From the NCBI GenBank assembly GCA_045159875.1, contig CP067995.1, positions 2,560,001 through 2,624,000 of the forward strand: 64,000 nt of DNA, read 5' to 3'. Of this stretch, positions 10,981-21,961 are shown piece after piece. Origin of the DNA: a cyanobacterium endosymbiont of Rhopalodia gibba (lineage in GTDB: Bacteria; Cyanobacteriota; Cyanobacteriia; Cyanobacteriales; Microcystaceae). Within the stretch, counting starts at the first letter, position 1; each line of letters opens with the position of its first letter. Below the pieces are notes generated by a model. That model made no database searches and was not told the origin of the DNA. It saw only the letters and a program-made list of their open reading frames with translations. A program made the translations under genes and the position numbers.

Positions 10981-11943
10981 ATGGCTGTTTTTATTCCAAA
11001 TCGCCCCATCCGTATCGGTTCGCGTACAAGTCCGTTAGCTTTAGTGCAAACTTATTGGGTACAAAAAGAACTACAAAGTTACTACCCTGAACGCCAATTC
11101 GACGTAGAAACCATGAATACTCAAGGCGATAAAATTCTCAATGTTTCCCTGGCTAAAATCGGTGATAAAGGGCTATTTACCAAGGAATTAGAAGTAGCTA
11201 TGGGAAAAAATCAGGTTGATTTTGCCGTGCATTCTCTCAAAGACCTCCCTACTAATCTGCCAGATGGCTTAGTGTTAGGGTGTGTGACTGAAAGAATTGA
11301 TCCGGCTGATGCGGTTGTTTTTAATAAAAAGCATCAGGACAAACAATTAGAGACTTTACCCGAAGGGGCAGTCATTGGGACTTCTTCCTTACGTCGTTTA
11401 GCCCAACTGCGCTATCATTTTCCTAATTTAACCTTTAAAGACGTGCGAGGTAATGTTAATACTCGCCTTAGAAAACTTGATGAGGGAGAATACGATGCGA
11501 TCGTTTTAGCTGTAGCAGGTTTACAGCGTTTAAATATGGGTGATCGGGTTCATCAAATCATTAAGAAAGAGATTTGCCTTCATGCTGTAGGACAGGGCGC
11601 TTTAGGGCTCGAATGTCGTGAAAGAGATGAAGAGATCCTAGAAATACTCAAAGTATTAGAACACGAACCCACCCGTGATCGCTGTTATGCCGAACGAGCA
11701 TTTTTACGAGAACTCGAAGGCGGTTGTCAAGTTCCGATTGGTGTGAACACAACTATAGAAGGAGATACTCTAACTTTAACGGGAATGGTGGCTAGTCTTG
11801 ACGGTCAAACCGTGATTAAAGACACTATCAGTGGACAACGAGAGTTTGCAGAGCACATAGGACTAGATTTAGCTAAATGTTTACGAGATACCGGTGCAGG
11901 TCAAGTCTTGGCAGGAATTTTCGCTCAAATTGAACGACGATAA
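10981..11943 (+). CDS. hemC: Hydroxymethylbilane synthase (porphobilinogen deaminase)
   Basis: [50 protein letters not shown]. Confidence 0.98.
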   Translation: MAVFIPNRPIRIGSRTSPLALVQTYWVQKELQSYYPERQFDVETMNTQGDKILNVSLAKIGDKGLFTKELEVAMGKNQVDFAVHSLKDLPTNLPDGLVLGCVTERIDPADAVVFNKKHQDKQLETLPEGAVIGTSSLRRLAQLRYHFPNLTFKDVRGNVNTRLRKLDEGEYDAIVLAVAGLQRLNMGDRVHQIIKKEICLHAVGQGALGLECRERDEEILEILKVLEHEPTRDRCYAERAFLRELEGGCQVPIGVNTTIEGDTLTLTGMVASLDGQTVIKDTISGQREFAEHIGLDLAKCLRDTGAGQVLAGIFAQIERR

Positions 11944-12033
11944 GGATTAACAAGGATAAAAGGCTTGCTCAAAGTGTAAGTGATAAGTTAATAACCTTGA
12001 CTATTTCTGTTCAACCTACTTTTGTGCTGGCTT

Positions 12034-13068
12034 TTAACATTGATGCCAATTCGCCCAATCTTGAGGTTTTAAGAAAGTGTCATATAACTTAAATTCAGGA
12101 GTATTTGGTTCAGGAGAATAACAATATTCCCAACGTACTAACGGCGGCAAAGACATGAGAATTGATTCAGTGCGTCCGTTGGTTTGTAACCCAAAAATAG
12201 TCCCGCGATCATAGACTAAATTAAACTCTACATATCGTCCCCGTCGATATAATTGGAATTGCCTTTCCCTGTCTCCATATTTTATATGGCGTCGCTTTTC
12301 CACGATAGGAACATAGGCTGGAAAAAAAGCTTGTCCACAGCTATTAACAAAAGCAAAAAGGTCTTCCCAAGTGCGGGGTTCTAAAGAAAGTAGTTGGTTA
12401 CTGTGAAGGGACGCTGCTTTGTCAGCATAAGGACCGTGGTATAAAGAAGTTAAGCCATCTTGATAATCGAAGAAAATACCACCGACTCCGCGCATTTCTT
12501 GCCTATGCTTAAGATAAAAATATTCATCACACCAAGGTTTAAAGACAGCGTAATATTCTGGATGATGTTTATCACAAGCTTCTTTAAGGGTACGGTGAAA
12601 ATGGGCAACATCTTCAGCAAAAGGATAATAAGGGGTTAAATCAATCCCCCCCCCAAACCACCACACAGGACCAGCTTCAAAATAACGACAATTGAGGTGA
12701 ACCGTCGGAATATAGGGATTACAGGGATGGAGAACCATAGAGGTACCCGTAGCATAAAAACCATGTCCTTCGGCCTCTGGTCGTTGTATCAAAATAGACG
12801 AAGGTAACTGTTGCCCCCAGACTTCTGAGAAGTTTACCCCACCCTGTTCCAACACACCACCATCACGAAGAACACGAGAACGCCCTCCTCCTCCTTCTTC
12901 TCGTTGCCAACTATATTCACAGAATTTACTTTGACCATCAACTTCTTCGAGTTTGGCACAGATTTTATCTTGAAGATTTTTCATAAACTGACTAACCTTT
13001 TTTTGTGCATCTTCAGGGGGAAGGGAAGCTCTTTTTAAAGTGGTTGAGTTTGTTTTCAAGGGGGTCAT
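12034..13068 (-). CDS. hemF: Oxygen-dependent coproporphyrinogen III oxidase
   Basis: [47 protein letters not shown]. Confidence 0.98.
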   Translation of the reverse strand: MTPLKTNSTTLKRASLPPEDAQKKVSQFMKNLQDKICAKLEEVDGQSKFCEYSWQREEGGGGRSRVLRDGGVLEQGGVNFSEVWGQQLPSSILIQRPEAEGHGFYATGTSMVLHPCNPYIPTVHLNCRYFEAGPVWWFGGGIDLTPYYPFAEDVAHFHRTLKEACDKHHPEYYAVFKPWCDEYFYLKHRQEMRGVGGIFFDYQDGLTSLYHGPYADKAASLHSNQLLSLEPRTWEDLFAFVNSCGQAFFPAYVPIVEKRRHIKYGDRERQFQLYRRGRYVEFNLVYDRGTIFGLQTNGRTESILMSLPPLVRWEYCYSPEPNTPEFKLYDTFLKPQDWANWHQC

Positions 13069-13921
13069 AGTATTTATCGTTTAGTCTCTTACACTTTAAC
13101 TTTAATTGAGAAACGTCCTAACGTAAAATTGGGAAAATACAGCATTAATTTAGCCATTAGGTATCATTTTTAACTTTTCTGTTACAGCTTTAGCCCCTTA
13201 ATAGAGACGAGTAGAGTTACTATTAATTAATTTACGACTTGTTAGGAGCATTAAGCTAGTCATTGACAATGTATCTTAATAGTTGATAATGACTAGTTTC
13301 TATTAAATGTAACACTGATGGACAGTGGCTATAATAGACTCATTTTCCAGAAGATATTTGAATTATTTTGACTTTAGAGAACTTTTTAGACTTTTTTAAA
13401 GTTTTAGAAAACGATATACAATTAATTGATTTTATTTATCTGGTATTTAGTATCTTGTTCAAGAATAAGAAAATGAGGATTTTATTTTTTTAAAAAAAAT
13501 ACGAAATTTATTTGTATATAATATTTTTATTGGCTCTACAAAATCAGTGGTTAATTATCGCAAACGTAAACATTTTAATGTTTTTATATAAGGGTATTTA
13601 AATATTTAATATATCTTGTAATATACATCTAAGTTAATTGTTAAAATTATATATTACCAGAAGAATAGAGAGTAAAATAATTCACCAGATTAAATCTTCA
13701 GTAAATGTTTTTAATATACTTAATTTTTAAGAAAATACTTAAATTTTAAAATATATAAAAAACTTATTAGACTCAATACTCACATAAAAAATATTTATCA
13801 ATCTTGAGCATGTTATCTCTTTCCTCGAAAAAACTTATGTTAAGAACACGTTCAAAGTAAAAAATGCGACTATAGAATATATTTTTATTTAAAAATGGCA
13901 ATCTACTACCATAAAAGGAGA

Positions 13922-13946
13922 TATCTATGATAAATTATCATAGATA
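13922..13946. repeat. Perfect inverted repeat, 12-bp arms, 1-nt loop
   Basis: tatctatgataa-a-ttatcatagata. Confidence 0.85.
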
Positions 13947-14260
13947 AAAGCCGGTTACGATGAAACGATTATATAATAATATTGAAGATTTTAAAAAAAA
14001 ATTAGAGATTATTTGAGTTTCTAATAGTTTGCTTGTTATCAACAATATTGCTAAATGAGTCCATATTAGAATTTAGCAAATATCTACTATTATAGAATAA
14101 TATAGTGTATTTATATACATTTTTGTGTAGGTTGTAAATTACCGTTTATAGTATTAACAAAATTTTAAAACCGATAGTTAAATAAACATTTTGGAGAATT
14201 GATTTAGCTAAATTGAACCTAGGAGATATAAAAAAAGAGTGGGACTGGTAAAAATATACG

Positions 14261-14306
14261 TACAGATTGTAATAGATGAGCTACAGCTCATCTATTACAA
14301 TCTGTA
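14261..14306. repeat. Perfect inverted repeat, 22-bp arms, 2-nt loop, ending 32 nt upstream of crtQ
   Basis: tacagattgtaatagatgagct-ac-agctcatctattacaatctgta. Confidence 0.95.
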
Positions 14307-14338
14307 AAGGATAAATAAAATAAATTAAGGAAGATAGA

Positions 14339-15811
14339 ATGCGGGTTGTAATCGTTGGTGCAGGGTTAGCCGGACTAACCACCGCTATTGATTTGGTTGA
14401 TGCCGGTTACGAGGTTGAAATTTTCGAATCTCGTCCTTTTATCGGGGGAAAAGCAGGTAGTTGGACGGATAATGAAGGAAATCACATTGAAATGGGGTTA
14501 CATGTCTTTTTTGGCTGCTATTACAATCTATTTACCCTAATGAAAAAAGTGGGGGCAAGCCAAAATTTACGCCTAAAACAACACATCCATACCTTTATTA
14601 ATGAAGGTGGACGGGTTGGAGAATTAGATTTTCGTTTCCTTGCTGGCGCTCCGTTCAATGGGTTAAAAGCTTTTTTTACTACTTCCCAACTCTCTACGTT
14701 TGATAAAGTTTCTAACTCTTTAGCTTTAGGAATTAGCCCTATTGTATGGGGATTAATAGATTTCAATGGGGCAATAAAAACTATCAGGGAATTAGATGCT
14801 ATTAGTTTTGCGGACTGGTTTCGTCAACATGGGGGAAATAATGGCAGTCTCAAGCGAATGTGGAACCCCATCGCCTACGCTTTAGGATTTATCGATACAG
14901 AAAATATTTCAGCCCGTTGTATGTTGACAATTTTCTTATTTTTTGCCACAAAAACTGAAGCATCTGTGTTACGAATGTTAGAAGGTTCTCCTTATGAATA
15001 TCTTCATAAACCAATTATTAGTTACCTTGAAACAAGAAAAGCAAAAATTTATACACGACGACGTGTTAGAAACATTTTATTTCAAGAAAATGATAATAAA
15101 ACTCAGGTAACCGGACTAATTGTTGCCAATGGACAAACCGAAGAAAGCATTACAGCAGATACTTATGTCTGTGCCTGTGATATTCCTGGAATTAAACGAT
15201 TAATTCCTCAAAAATGGCGTAAATGGTCACTATTTGACAATATTTATAAGTTGGAAACAGTTCCTGTTGTGACGGTACAATTACGCTTTGATGGTTGGGT
15301 AACCGAATTAAACGATTCCAAAAAACGCAAACAACTACAAATAGCAATTGGACTCGATAACTTATTGTATACACCTGATGCAGATTTCTCCTGTTTTGCC
15401 GATCTGGCTTTAACAAGTCCTGGAGATTATTATAAAGAGGGACAAGGATCTTTATTGCAATTAGTGTTAACTCCTGGTAATTTATTTATTAAAGAGGAGA
15501 ATGAAACTATTGCTTATCATATTTTAAATCAAGTCTATAATCTGTTTCCCTCCTCAAAAAACCTAAAAATGATTTGGTATAGTGTTGTTAAACTAGCACA
15601 ATCTTTGTATCGGGAAGCACCCGGAATAGATCCTTATCGTCCTACGCAAAATACTCCTGTTTCTAACTTTGTCCTAGCAGGGAGTTATACTCAACAGGAT
15701 TACATTGATAGCATGGAAGGGGCAACAATTTCAGGAAAACAAGCGGCGAAAGTTATTTTAGAAAAAGTAGAAAACGTTAAAAACTATCACCAACCTGTCA
15801 CAATTCGTTAG
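14339..15811 (+). CDS. crtQ: 9,9'-di-cis-zeta-carotene desaturase
   Basis: GAGLAGL FAD motif, [32 protein letters not shown]. Confidence 0.95.
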   Translation: MRVVIVGAGLAGLTTAIDLVDAGYEVEIFESRPFIGGKAGSWTDNEGNHIEMGLHVFFGCYYNLFTLMKKVGASQNLRLKQHIHTFINEGGRVGELDFRFLAGAPFNGLKAFFTTSQLSTFDKVSNSLALGISPIVWGLIDFNGAIKTIRELDAISFADWFRQHGGNNGSLKRMWNPIAYALGFIDTENISARCMLTIFLFFATKTEASVLRMLEGSPYEYLHKPIISYLETRKAKIYTRRRVRNILFQENDNKTQVTGLIVANGQTEESITADTYVCACDIPGIKRLIPQKWRKWSLFDNIYKLETVPVVTVQLRFDGWVTELNDSKKRKQLQIAIGLDNLLYTPDADFSCFADLALTSPGDYYKEGQGSLLQLVLTPGNLFIKEENETIAYHILNQVYNLFPSSKNLKMIWYSVVKLAQSLYREAPGIDPYRPTQNTPVSNFVLAGSYTQQDYIDSMEGATISGKQAAKVILEKVENVKNYHQPVTIR

Positions 15812-15875
15812 TATATTGAGCACAGTGAGCATTGCCAACCTTCTTTATTAATCAGTCGTTAATCTTAACTAAATA

Positions 15876-16325
15876 ATGTCTAATTGGTTAGAACATAGCG
15901 TACAAGTCGAAGTGGATGCTCCGATCGACTTAGTTTGGAGTCTTTGGTCGGATCTTGAACAAATGCCTCGTTGGATGAAGTGGATAGACTCAGTTCAAAT
16001 ATTAGAAAATGATCCTGAATTGTCTCGATGGAAATTAGCGAGTAGTGGCTTTGAATTTACTTGGTTATCTCGGATTCTGAAATTGGTTTCTCAGCAAATT
16101 ATACAATGGGAATCTATCGAGGGATTACCTAATCGTGGGGCAGTTAGATTTTATAATCGTCATGGAAAAAGTATTGTCCGTTTAACAATAGCTTATAACA
16201 TTCCTAGTTTGTTAGGACAACTGATGGACAGTCTATTTTTAGGGAGAATTGTTGAATCAACTGTTCGAGCTGATTTAGAAAGATTCAAAGAATACACGAT
16301 AAAACTTCAGAAAAGTTTAGGATAA
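15876..16325 (+). CDS. SRPBCC/polyketide cyclase family protein
   Basis: WLEHSVQVEV..P...VW.LW.DLEQMPRWM, GLPNRGAVRF; typical crtQ neighbour. Confidence 0.9.
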   Translation: MSNWLEHSVQVEVDAPIDLVWSLWSDLEQMPRWMKWIDSVQILENDPELSRWKLASSGFEFTWLSRILKLVSQQIIQWESIEGLPNRGAVRFYNRHGKSIVRLTIAYNIPSLLGQLMDSLFLGRIVESTVRADLERFKEYTIKLQKSLG

Positions 16326-16385
16326 CTACACTCTAACTTATGTTAGAAGTTTAGTAAGTATAAGTTTTTTAATTATGGAGATTTA

Positions 16386-17417
16386 ATGAATAAAGATTTT
16401 AGTAAAAGTTGGTCTATTCCTCGTATTTTAGATGCTAACCTTGATCGCGCTAGAGAAGGATTAAGAATTATTGAGGAATGGTGTCGCTTTGGACTAGAAA
16501 ATAATCAGTTAGCCGAAGAATGTAAGCAAATGCGCCAAGAAGTTGCCCGTTGGCATTCTCATGAAATACGTCTTGCAAGGGATACTCTGAATGATACTGG
16601 GACAATCTTATCTCATCCTCAAGAAGAAACCCGTAGAAGTATTGAGCATCTTCTACAATCTAATTTATGCCGTGTTCAAGAAGCATTAAGAGTCCTAGAA
16701 GAATATGGTAAGCTCTATCAAGTTGAGATGGGAATTGCTTTTAAAAATATCCGTTATCAAGTTTATATTTTAGAAAGCAATTTATTAACCCATAATCGTT
16801 ATCAAAAACTTAAGAAATCTCTACTTTATCTAGTTACTTCTGGCTCAGAAAATCTTTTTTCAGTTGTTGAATCGGCTTTGAAAGAGGGGGTGACTTTAGT
16901 TCAATATAGAGATAAAAATACCGACGATATTTTTAGACTAAAAACTGCTAGAGATATTTGTCAGTTATGCCATGATTATAATGGCTTGTTTATTATGAAT
17001 GATAGGGTTGATTTAGCATTAGCCGTTAATGCAGATGGAGTACATTTAGGACAAGAAGATATCCCTATATCCTTAGCAAGACAGATTTTAGGACCAAACA
17101 GTATTGTCGGGCGTTCGACCACTAATCCTCAAGAAATGGCTCAAGCGATCACTCAAGGAGCAGATTATATTGGGGTGGGTCCAGTCTATGCAACTCCTAC
17201 CAAACCAGGAAAAATTCCGGCAGGTTTAAACTATGTTAATTATGCTCGAAAACATTCCCCCATTCCTTGGTTTGCTATTGGAGGAATTGATCAAGAAAAC
17301 ATTAATGAAGTAATTACAGCAGGAGCTAAACAAGTAGCCATTGTTCGTGCTATTATGAATGCAAGTGACCCAGCCACTATTACTCAAGAGTTACTTAGAA
17401 AACTAACCATCGGCTGA
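16386..17417 (+). CDS. thiE: Thiamine-phosphate synthase (cyanobacterial type with N-terminal extension)
   Basis: RILDANLDRAREGLR, VQYRDK, NDRVDLA, GVHLGQED, FAIGGI. Confidence 0.96.
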   Translation: MNKDFSKSWSIPRILDANLDRAREGLRIIEEWCRFGLENNQLAEECKQMRQEVARWHSHEIRLARDTLNDTGTILSHPQEETRRSIEHLLQSNLCRVQEALRVLEEYGKLYQVEMGIAFKNIRYQVYILESNLLTHNRYQKLKKSLLYLVTSGSENLFSVVESALKEGVTLVQYRDKNTDDIFRLKTARDICQLCHDYNGLFIMNDRVDLALAVNADGVHLGQEDIPISLARQILGPNSIVGRSTTNPQEMAQAITQGADYIGVGPVYATPTKPGKIPAGLNYVNYARKHSPIPWFAIGGIDQENINEVITAGAKQVAIVRAIMNASDPATITQELLRKLTIG

Positions 17418-17499
17418 TTGGAAATGTTCAAACGATTTTATAATAAACTTTATTTTGAACTAAGTTTAAGTTATTTACAACAGTAACTAGGACTATTGT

Positions 17500-17727
17500 A
17501 TGAGCGCTTTATCCCAAGTCACCCTACAAGTTAACGGAACATCAACAACTTGTCCTTCTAATATGACTTTACCAAAACTTTTAGAAAGAATGAAATTAAA
17601 TCCACGTTTAGTAGCAGTAGAGTATAACGGAGAAATTCTTCATCGACAATATTGGGATAACACCCAGTTAAAAACAGATGATCGCTTAGAAATTGTTACC
17701 ATTGTGGGAGGAGGAAGTGACAGTTAA
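17500..17727 (+). CDS. thiS: Sulfur carrier protein ThiS
   Basis: VAVEYNGEIL...DRLEIVTIVGGG followed by the extension SDS. Confidence 0.93.
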   Translation: MSALSQVTLQVNGTSTTCPSNMTLPKLLERMKLNPRLVAVEYNGEILHRQYWDNTQLKTDDRLEIVTIVGGGSDS

Positions 17728-17735
17728 TCAATATT

Positions 17736-18398
17736 ATGGCTAATAGAACTCTGGGAATTGAACCAAAATTGTATGAGTATTTAAAATTGGTTTCTGTCAG
17801 AGAACCCAGCATTCTAAAAGAGCTGCGTCAAGAAACTGCTAGCTGTCCTATGGCTAGGATGCAAATTGCTCCTGAACAAGGTCAACTTATGGCGTTGCTG
17901 GTTCAGTTAATGGGAGCAAAAAAAACCCTGGAGTTGGGAGTATTTAGGGGATATAGTTCATTAGCGGTTGCTTTAGCTCTTCCTGATGAAGGTACAGTAA
18001 TAGGATGTGATATAAGTGAAGAATATACAACTATCGCACGCCATTATTGGGACAAAGCTGGAGTTTCTCACAAGATAGATTTACGGATAGCTCCAGCTCT
18101 AGAAACCTTAGATAAACTGATAGCTGAAAGACAAAGTAATACTTTTGACTTTGCTTTTATTGATGCTGACAAGAGTAATTATGATAATTATTATGAACAG
18201 GTTTTAAAGCTAGTACGACCTGGAGGGTTAATTGCTATTGATAATGTTTTATGGGGAGGAAAAATTGCCGATGAAAATATTCAAGATAGCCGTACAAAAA
18301 AAATGCGAGCTTTAAATGAAAAAATTTATAACGATTCAAGAGTTAATATGAGTTTAATTCCCATTGCTGATGGATTAACCTTATTGTTAAAACTATAA
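17736..18398 (+). CDS. Class I SAM-dependent O-methyltransferase (CCoAOMT-like)
   Basis: MQIAPEQGQL, LELGVFRGYS, FDFAFIDADK, IAIDNVLWGG. Confidence 0.93.
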   Translation: MANRTLGIEPKLYEYLKLVSVREPSILKELRQETASCPMARMQIAPEQGQLMALLVQLMGAKKTLELGVFRGYSSLAVALALPDEGTVIGCDISEEYTTIARHYWDKAGVSHKIDLRIAPALETLDKLIAERQSNTFDFAFIDADKSNYDNYYEQVLKLVRPGGLIAIDNVLWGGKIADENIQDSRTKKMRALNEKIYNDSRVNMSLIPIADGLTLLLKL

Positions 18399-18859
18399 TG
18401 TTAAACGAACGATAATCTCCGATGACAAGAACGCAATAATTGCGAGCGTTTAAGAGGATTAGTTTCTATATAAGGGGCGGATAGATTCAGAAACGAACGG
18501 TTGAGATTTACGAGCAGTATAGCGTGCAGGTTTTGAGGTAGGTGGGGGCAGGTAAACATAAATCTCAGTTATACCCAGCAACCTTTATGATGACTCAGAT
18601 TGCTAATGTAACAAAAAATTATAGAATAGTGTTTATTGATTGTCAGAAAGCCCTAAAATAACTCACCTTAACCATTAGTTAAGAATTTAATGAGTCATTG
18701 TTTGGGAAAATATGGGTGGTCTCTGAGAGTCCAAGGATTTTTCCACCGATGGCTTAGTTCAACTTTTCTAAGCTATTCAGTTGATATATCTTGATGTTGC
18801 ATTCAAAACAAGATAACTAAAATAGAAATTATAGACATAAGTTTAAGACGGTATACCCT

Positions 18860-20734
18860 GTGGTTTCTTCAATTGAAAAAATAACTTCTGAGAAAATAAC
18901 TTCAACTTTACCTGGGACTCCTCAACGACGAACAGGAGCTTTTGTCTTGATAGATAGCTTAGTTCGTCAAGGTGTTAAACATATTTTTGGTTATCCGGGG
19001 GGAGCTATCCTGCCCATTTATGATGAACTGTATAGGGCTGAAACCAGAGGAGATTTACAACATTTCCTGGTGAGACACGAACAAGGAGCCGCTCATGCAG
19101 CCGATGGTTATGCTCGTGCAACTGGTAAAGTGGGGGTTTGTTTCGGAACGTCAGGTCCAGGAGCGACAAACCTAGTGACGGGTATTGCCACGGCACACAT
19201 GGATTCAATCCCCATGATTATTGTCACTGGGCAAGTAGGACGGGCAGCTATTGGCCGCGATGCCTTCCAAGAAATCGATATTTTTGGCATTACTCTACCT
19301 CTGGTGAAACATTCTTATGTGGTTCGTCATGCTCAAGATATGGCTAGGATAGTTGCCGAAGCGTTCTACATTGCCAGTACAGGACGGCCAGGACCTGTAC
19401 TAATCGATATTCCTAAGGACGTAGGTCTTGAAGAATGTGATTATATTCCTGTTGACCTCGGACAGGTTAAGCTCCCAGGGTATCGCCCTACAGTCAAGGG
19501 AAATCCTCGTCAGATTAACGCAGCTTTACGCCTAATTGAAGGAGCTCAACGACCCTTACTTTACGTAGGTGGAGGAGCAATCTCTGCCAATGCTCATGCC
19601 CAAGTTAAAGAACTAGCCGAGCGGTTCCAAATTCCCGTTACCACTACCTTAATGGGAATCGGAGCATTTGATGAACATCACCCTCTCTCCGTTGCCATGT
19701 TGGGAATGCATGGAACTGCCTATGCTAACTTTGCCGTGAGTGAATGTGATCTTTTAGTTGCGGTGGGAGCGAGATTTGATGATAGGGTAACGGGAAAACT
19801 CGACGAATTTGCCTCCCATGCTAAGGTTGTCCACATCGACATCGACCCAGCAGAGGTCGGTAAAAATCGTGCCCCGACCGTTCCCATTGTGGGGGATGTA
19901 TGCTGTGTTCTAGAACAATTACTAAAAAGGGCTAAGGAATTGGGACTACCCGCTAATGTAGGAAAAACTCAGTTCTGGTTAGCTAGAATTGACCGTTGGC
20001 GAGTAGAATATCCCTTGGTTGTCCCTCACTATGATCATAGTATTTCACCCCAAGAAGTCATCGCCGAGGTAGCTCATCTGGCTCCCAATGCCTATTATAC
20101 CACCGATGTGGGGCAACACCAGATGTGGGCAGCTCAGTTCTTGAAAAATGGTCCTCGTCGCTGGATTTCTAGTGGAGGATTAGGAACCATGGGCTATGGA
20201 ATGCCCGCCGCTATGGGGGCGAAAGTAGCAGTTCCTCATGAAGAAGTAATTTGTATTACTGGGGATGCCAGTTTTCAAATGAATCTTCAAGAATTAGCTT
20301 CTCTGTCACAATACAGAATTAATGTTAAGACAATTATTATTAATAATGGTTGGCAGGGCATGGTGCGTCAATGGCAAGAAACCTTCTTTGGAGAGCGGTA
20401 TTCCTCCTCGAATATGCAAGTTGGAATGCCTAATTTTGAACTCTTAGCCCAAGCATTTGGAGTTAAAGGGATGACTGTGCGAGAACATTCTCAACTATCG
20501 GAGGCGATCATCCAAATGTTAGCCTATGACGGGCCAGTGTTGATAGATGTTCATGTGACTAAGAATGAGAACTGTTACCCTATGGTAGTTCCAGGAAAGA
20601 GTAACGCCCAAATGCTTGGATTACCAGAGCGCAAAGCTGTTGTACAGTCAATCACACCGATATACTGTACCAATTGTGGCGCGAAAAACCTGACGACCAA
20701 TCATTTTTGTCCTGAGTGTGGAACAAAATTGTAA
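18860..20734 (+). CDS. ilvB: Acetolactate synthase large subunit with C-terminal zinc ribbon
   Basis: [48 protein letters not shown]; ends CTNC..CPEC. Confidence 0.97.
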   Translation: MVSSIEKITSEKITSTLPGTPQRRTGAFVLIDSLVRQGVKHIFGYPGGAILPIYDELYRAETRGDLQHFLVRHEQGAAHAADGYARATGKVGVCFGTSGPGATNLVTGIATAHMDSIPMIIVTGQVGRAAIGRDAFQEIDIFGITLPLVKHSYVVRHAQDMARIVAEAFYIASTGRPGPVLIDIPKDVGLEECDYIPVDLGQVKLPGYRPTVKGNPRQINAALRLIEGAQRPLLYVGGGAISANAHAQVKELAERFQIPVTTTLMGIGAFDEHHPLSVAMLGMHGTAYANFAVSECDLLVAVGARFDDRVTGKLDEFASHAKVVHIDIDPAEVGKNRAPTVPIVGDVCCVLEQLLKRAKELGLPANVGKTQFWLARIDRWRVEYPLVVPHYDHSISPQEVIAEVAHLAPNAYYTTDVGQHQMWAAQFLKNGPRRWISSGGLGTMGYGMPAAMGAKVAVPHEEVICITGDASFQMNLQELASLSQYRINVKTIIINNGWQGMVRQWQETFFGERYSSSNMQVGMPNFELLAQAFGVKGMTVREHSQLSEAIIQMLAYDGPVLIDVHVTKNENCYPMVVPGKSNAQMLGLPERKAVVQSITPIYCTNCGAKNLTTNHFCPECGTKL

Positions 20735-20774
20735 ACTCGGTGAGGATTTAAATTTTCTCTTGAACTTTTAGTTG

Positions 20775-20803
20775 CCCTTTCCTCTTTCTTGGAAAGGGTT
20801 TTT
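20775..20803 (+). terminator. Rho-independent terminator after ilvB
   Basis: ccctttcc-tctttctt-ggaaaggg followed by ttttt. Confidence 0.65.
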
Positions 20804-20932
20804 GATTAATTGCTGACAAAAAATTTATCAATCTTCATAAGAACAAGGCTATTTTTCTGTAAAATTTTCCCCTTCTCTTAAAAAAGATGTGAGTTGATTC
20901 AATGAGCTTAACTGACTTTGATTGTTTCAACT

Positions 20933-21961
20933 TTAAGCTTCCCGTCGAAAAACCTTCCCCTTACCAGTAGGATTATCGACATAGTGCCATTTTTGCTCAT
21001 CTAACTCAATCACAGGGGGATCGGAATTTTGCTTGGCTTGGAAAATCCTTTTATAGAGAGTAGAATCACTAATGCCTAGCTTCTCAGCCATTTGAGCTCT
21101 AGTGAGTACCCTAGACTTAGATGACTCTTGATTAGTTGTTATCATCGAAGGGGTAGTTTGTATTTCTGATTTGGTGGCTACCTTCTCGAGCATTAGACTA
21201 GGTTTATCAAGTTTTTGGGGTTTAACAAAAAATTTTTTGTTTTCTTGAATAGGGGGCTGTTCTACTAATGGTTTAATGGGCTTGCGGTAACGAGGAATCC
21301 TCTCGGTTGGCAGTTCAAGATCTTCAACCCATCCCCAACAATTACGGGAAGGGATGAACTTAAAAATAGCTTGAATAAACCAGCGTTTGGGTAATTGTTC
21401 CTTGGGAATTTTAGGATTAAATTTGAAGGGACGCGGATCGTCATTACGGCGCATCAATACGGGAAGATGAGAAGCTTTAAATTTCCCTTGAGGGTCCGTG
21501 GCATTAGAATTTCTATAGATCGAGATCACTGGTGTTCTTAATTGAGGAACAAATTGCCAAATCCCTCGAAACTTAAAAATTCCTGGGGCTTCCTCCCATT
21601 GATTTTCTTCTCCCCAGGCAGCAACTTGAAAGCGAATAATGGGGTCCTTTCTGGGAATGAGCAGACACTTAGGATAAACCCGTAAATAGATAGGGTTTTC
21701 GGGAGAATTGCTATGTTGTTTCAGCCAAGCTTTGTAGCGATAGCCAGGAAAGAATAAACTGTAATTTTTCCCTGCGATGGTGAGGGCAAATTTTCCTTCT
21801 TCCTCTTGATGAGGAGTCCCATAAAGAGTGCCAATTGCCTGAAAAAGGAGAGGTTGATCCTCAGTGTCAGGAACAGATTGAGAGTCAGAATCAAGGATTA
21901 AAGGGGGTAGCTGCTCGACTTTTTGGTGAGTTTGATGAGAGAGTTCGTTGGCGGCAGGCAT
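20933..21961 (-). CDS. Hypothetical protein with C-terminal helix-turn-helix
   Basis: Intact 342-aa ORF with coding-like GC; C-terminal LTRAQMAEKLGISDSTLYKRI is HTH-like. Confidence 0.8.
   Translation of the reverse strand: MPAANELSHQTHQKVEQLPPLILDSDSQSVPDTEDQPLLFQAIGTLYGTPHQEEEGKFALTIAGKNYSLFFPGYRYKAWLKQHSNSPENPIYLRVYPKCLLIPRKDPIIRFQVAAWGEENQWEEAPGIFKFRGIWQFVPQLRTPVISIYRNSNATDPQGKFKASHLPVLMRRNDDPRPFKFNPKIPKEQLPKRWFIQAIFKFIPSRNCWGWVEDLELPTERIPRYRKPIKPLVEQPPIQENKKFFVKPQKLDKPSLMLEKVATKSEIQTTPSMITTNQESSKSRVLTRAQMAEKLGISDSTLYKRIFQAKQNSDPPVIELDEQKWHYVDNPTGKGKVFRREA

Noticed and set aside
16325..16386. TPP riboswitch before thiE
   Set aside because: Spacer is only about 60 nt and lacks the conserved CUGAGA and CCUGA motifs
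20660..20734. Zinc-ribbon tail on IlvB as a novel fusion
   Set aside because: To my knowledge common in cyanobacterial acetolactate synthase large subunits
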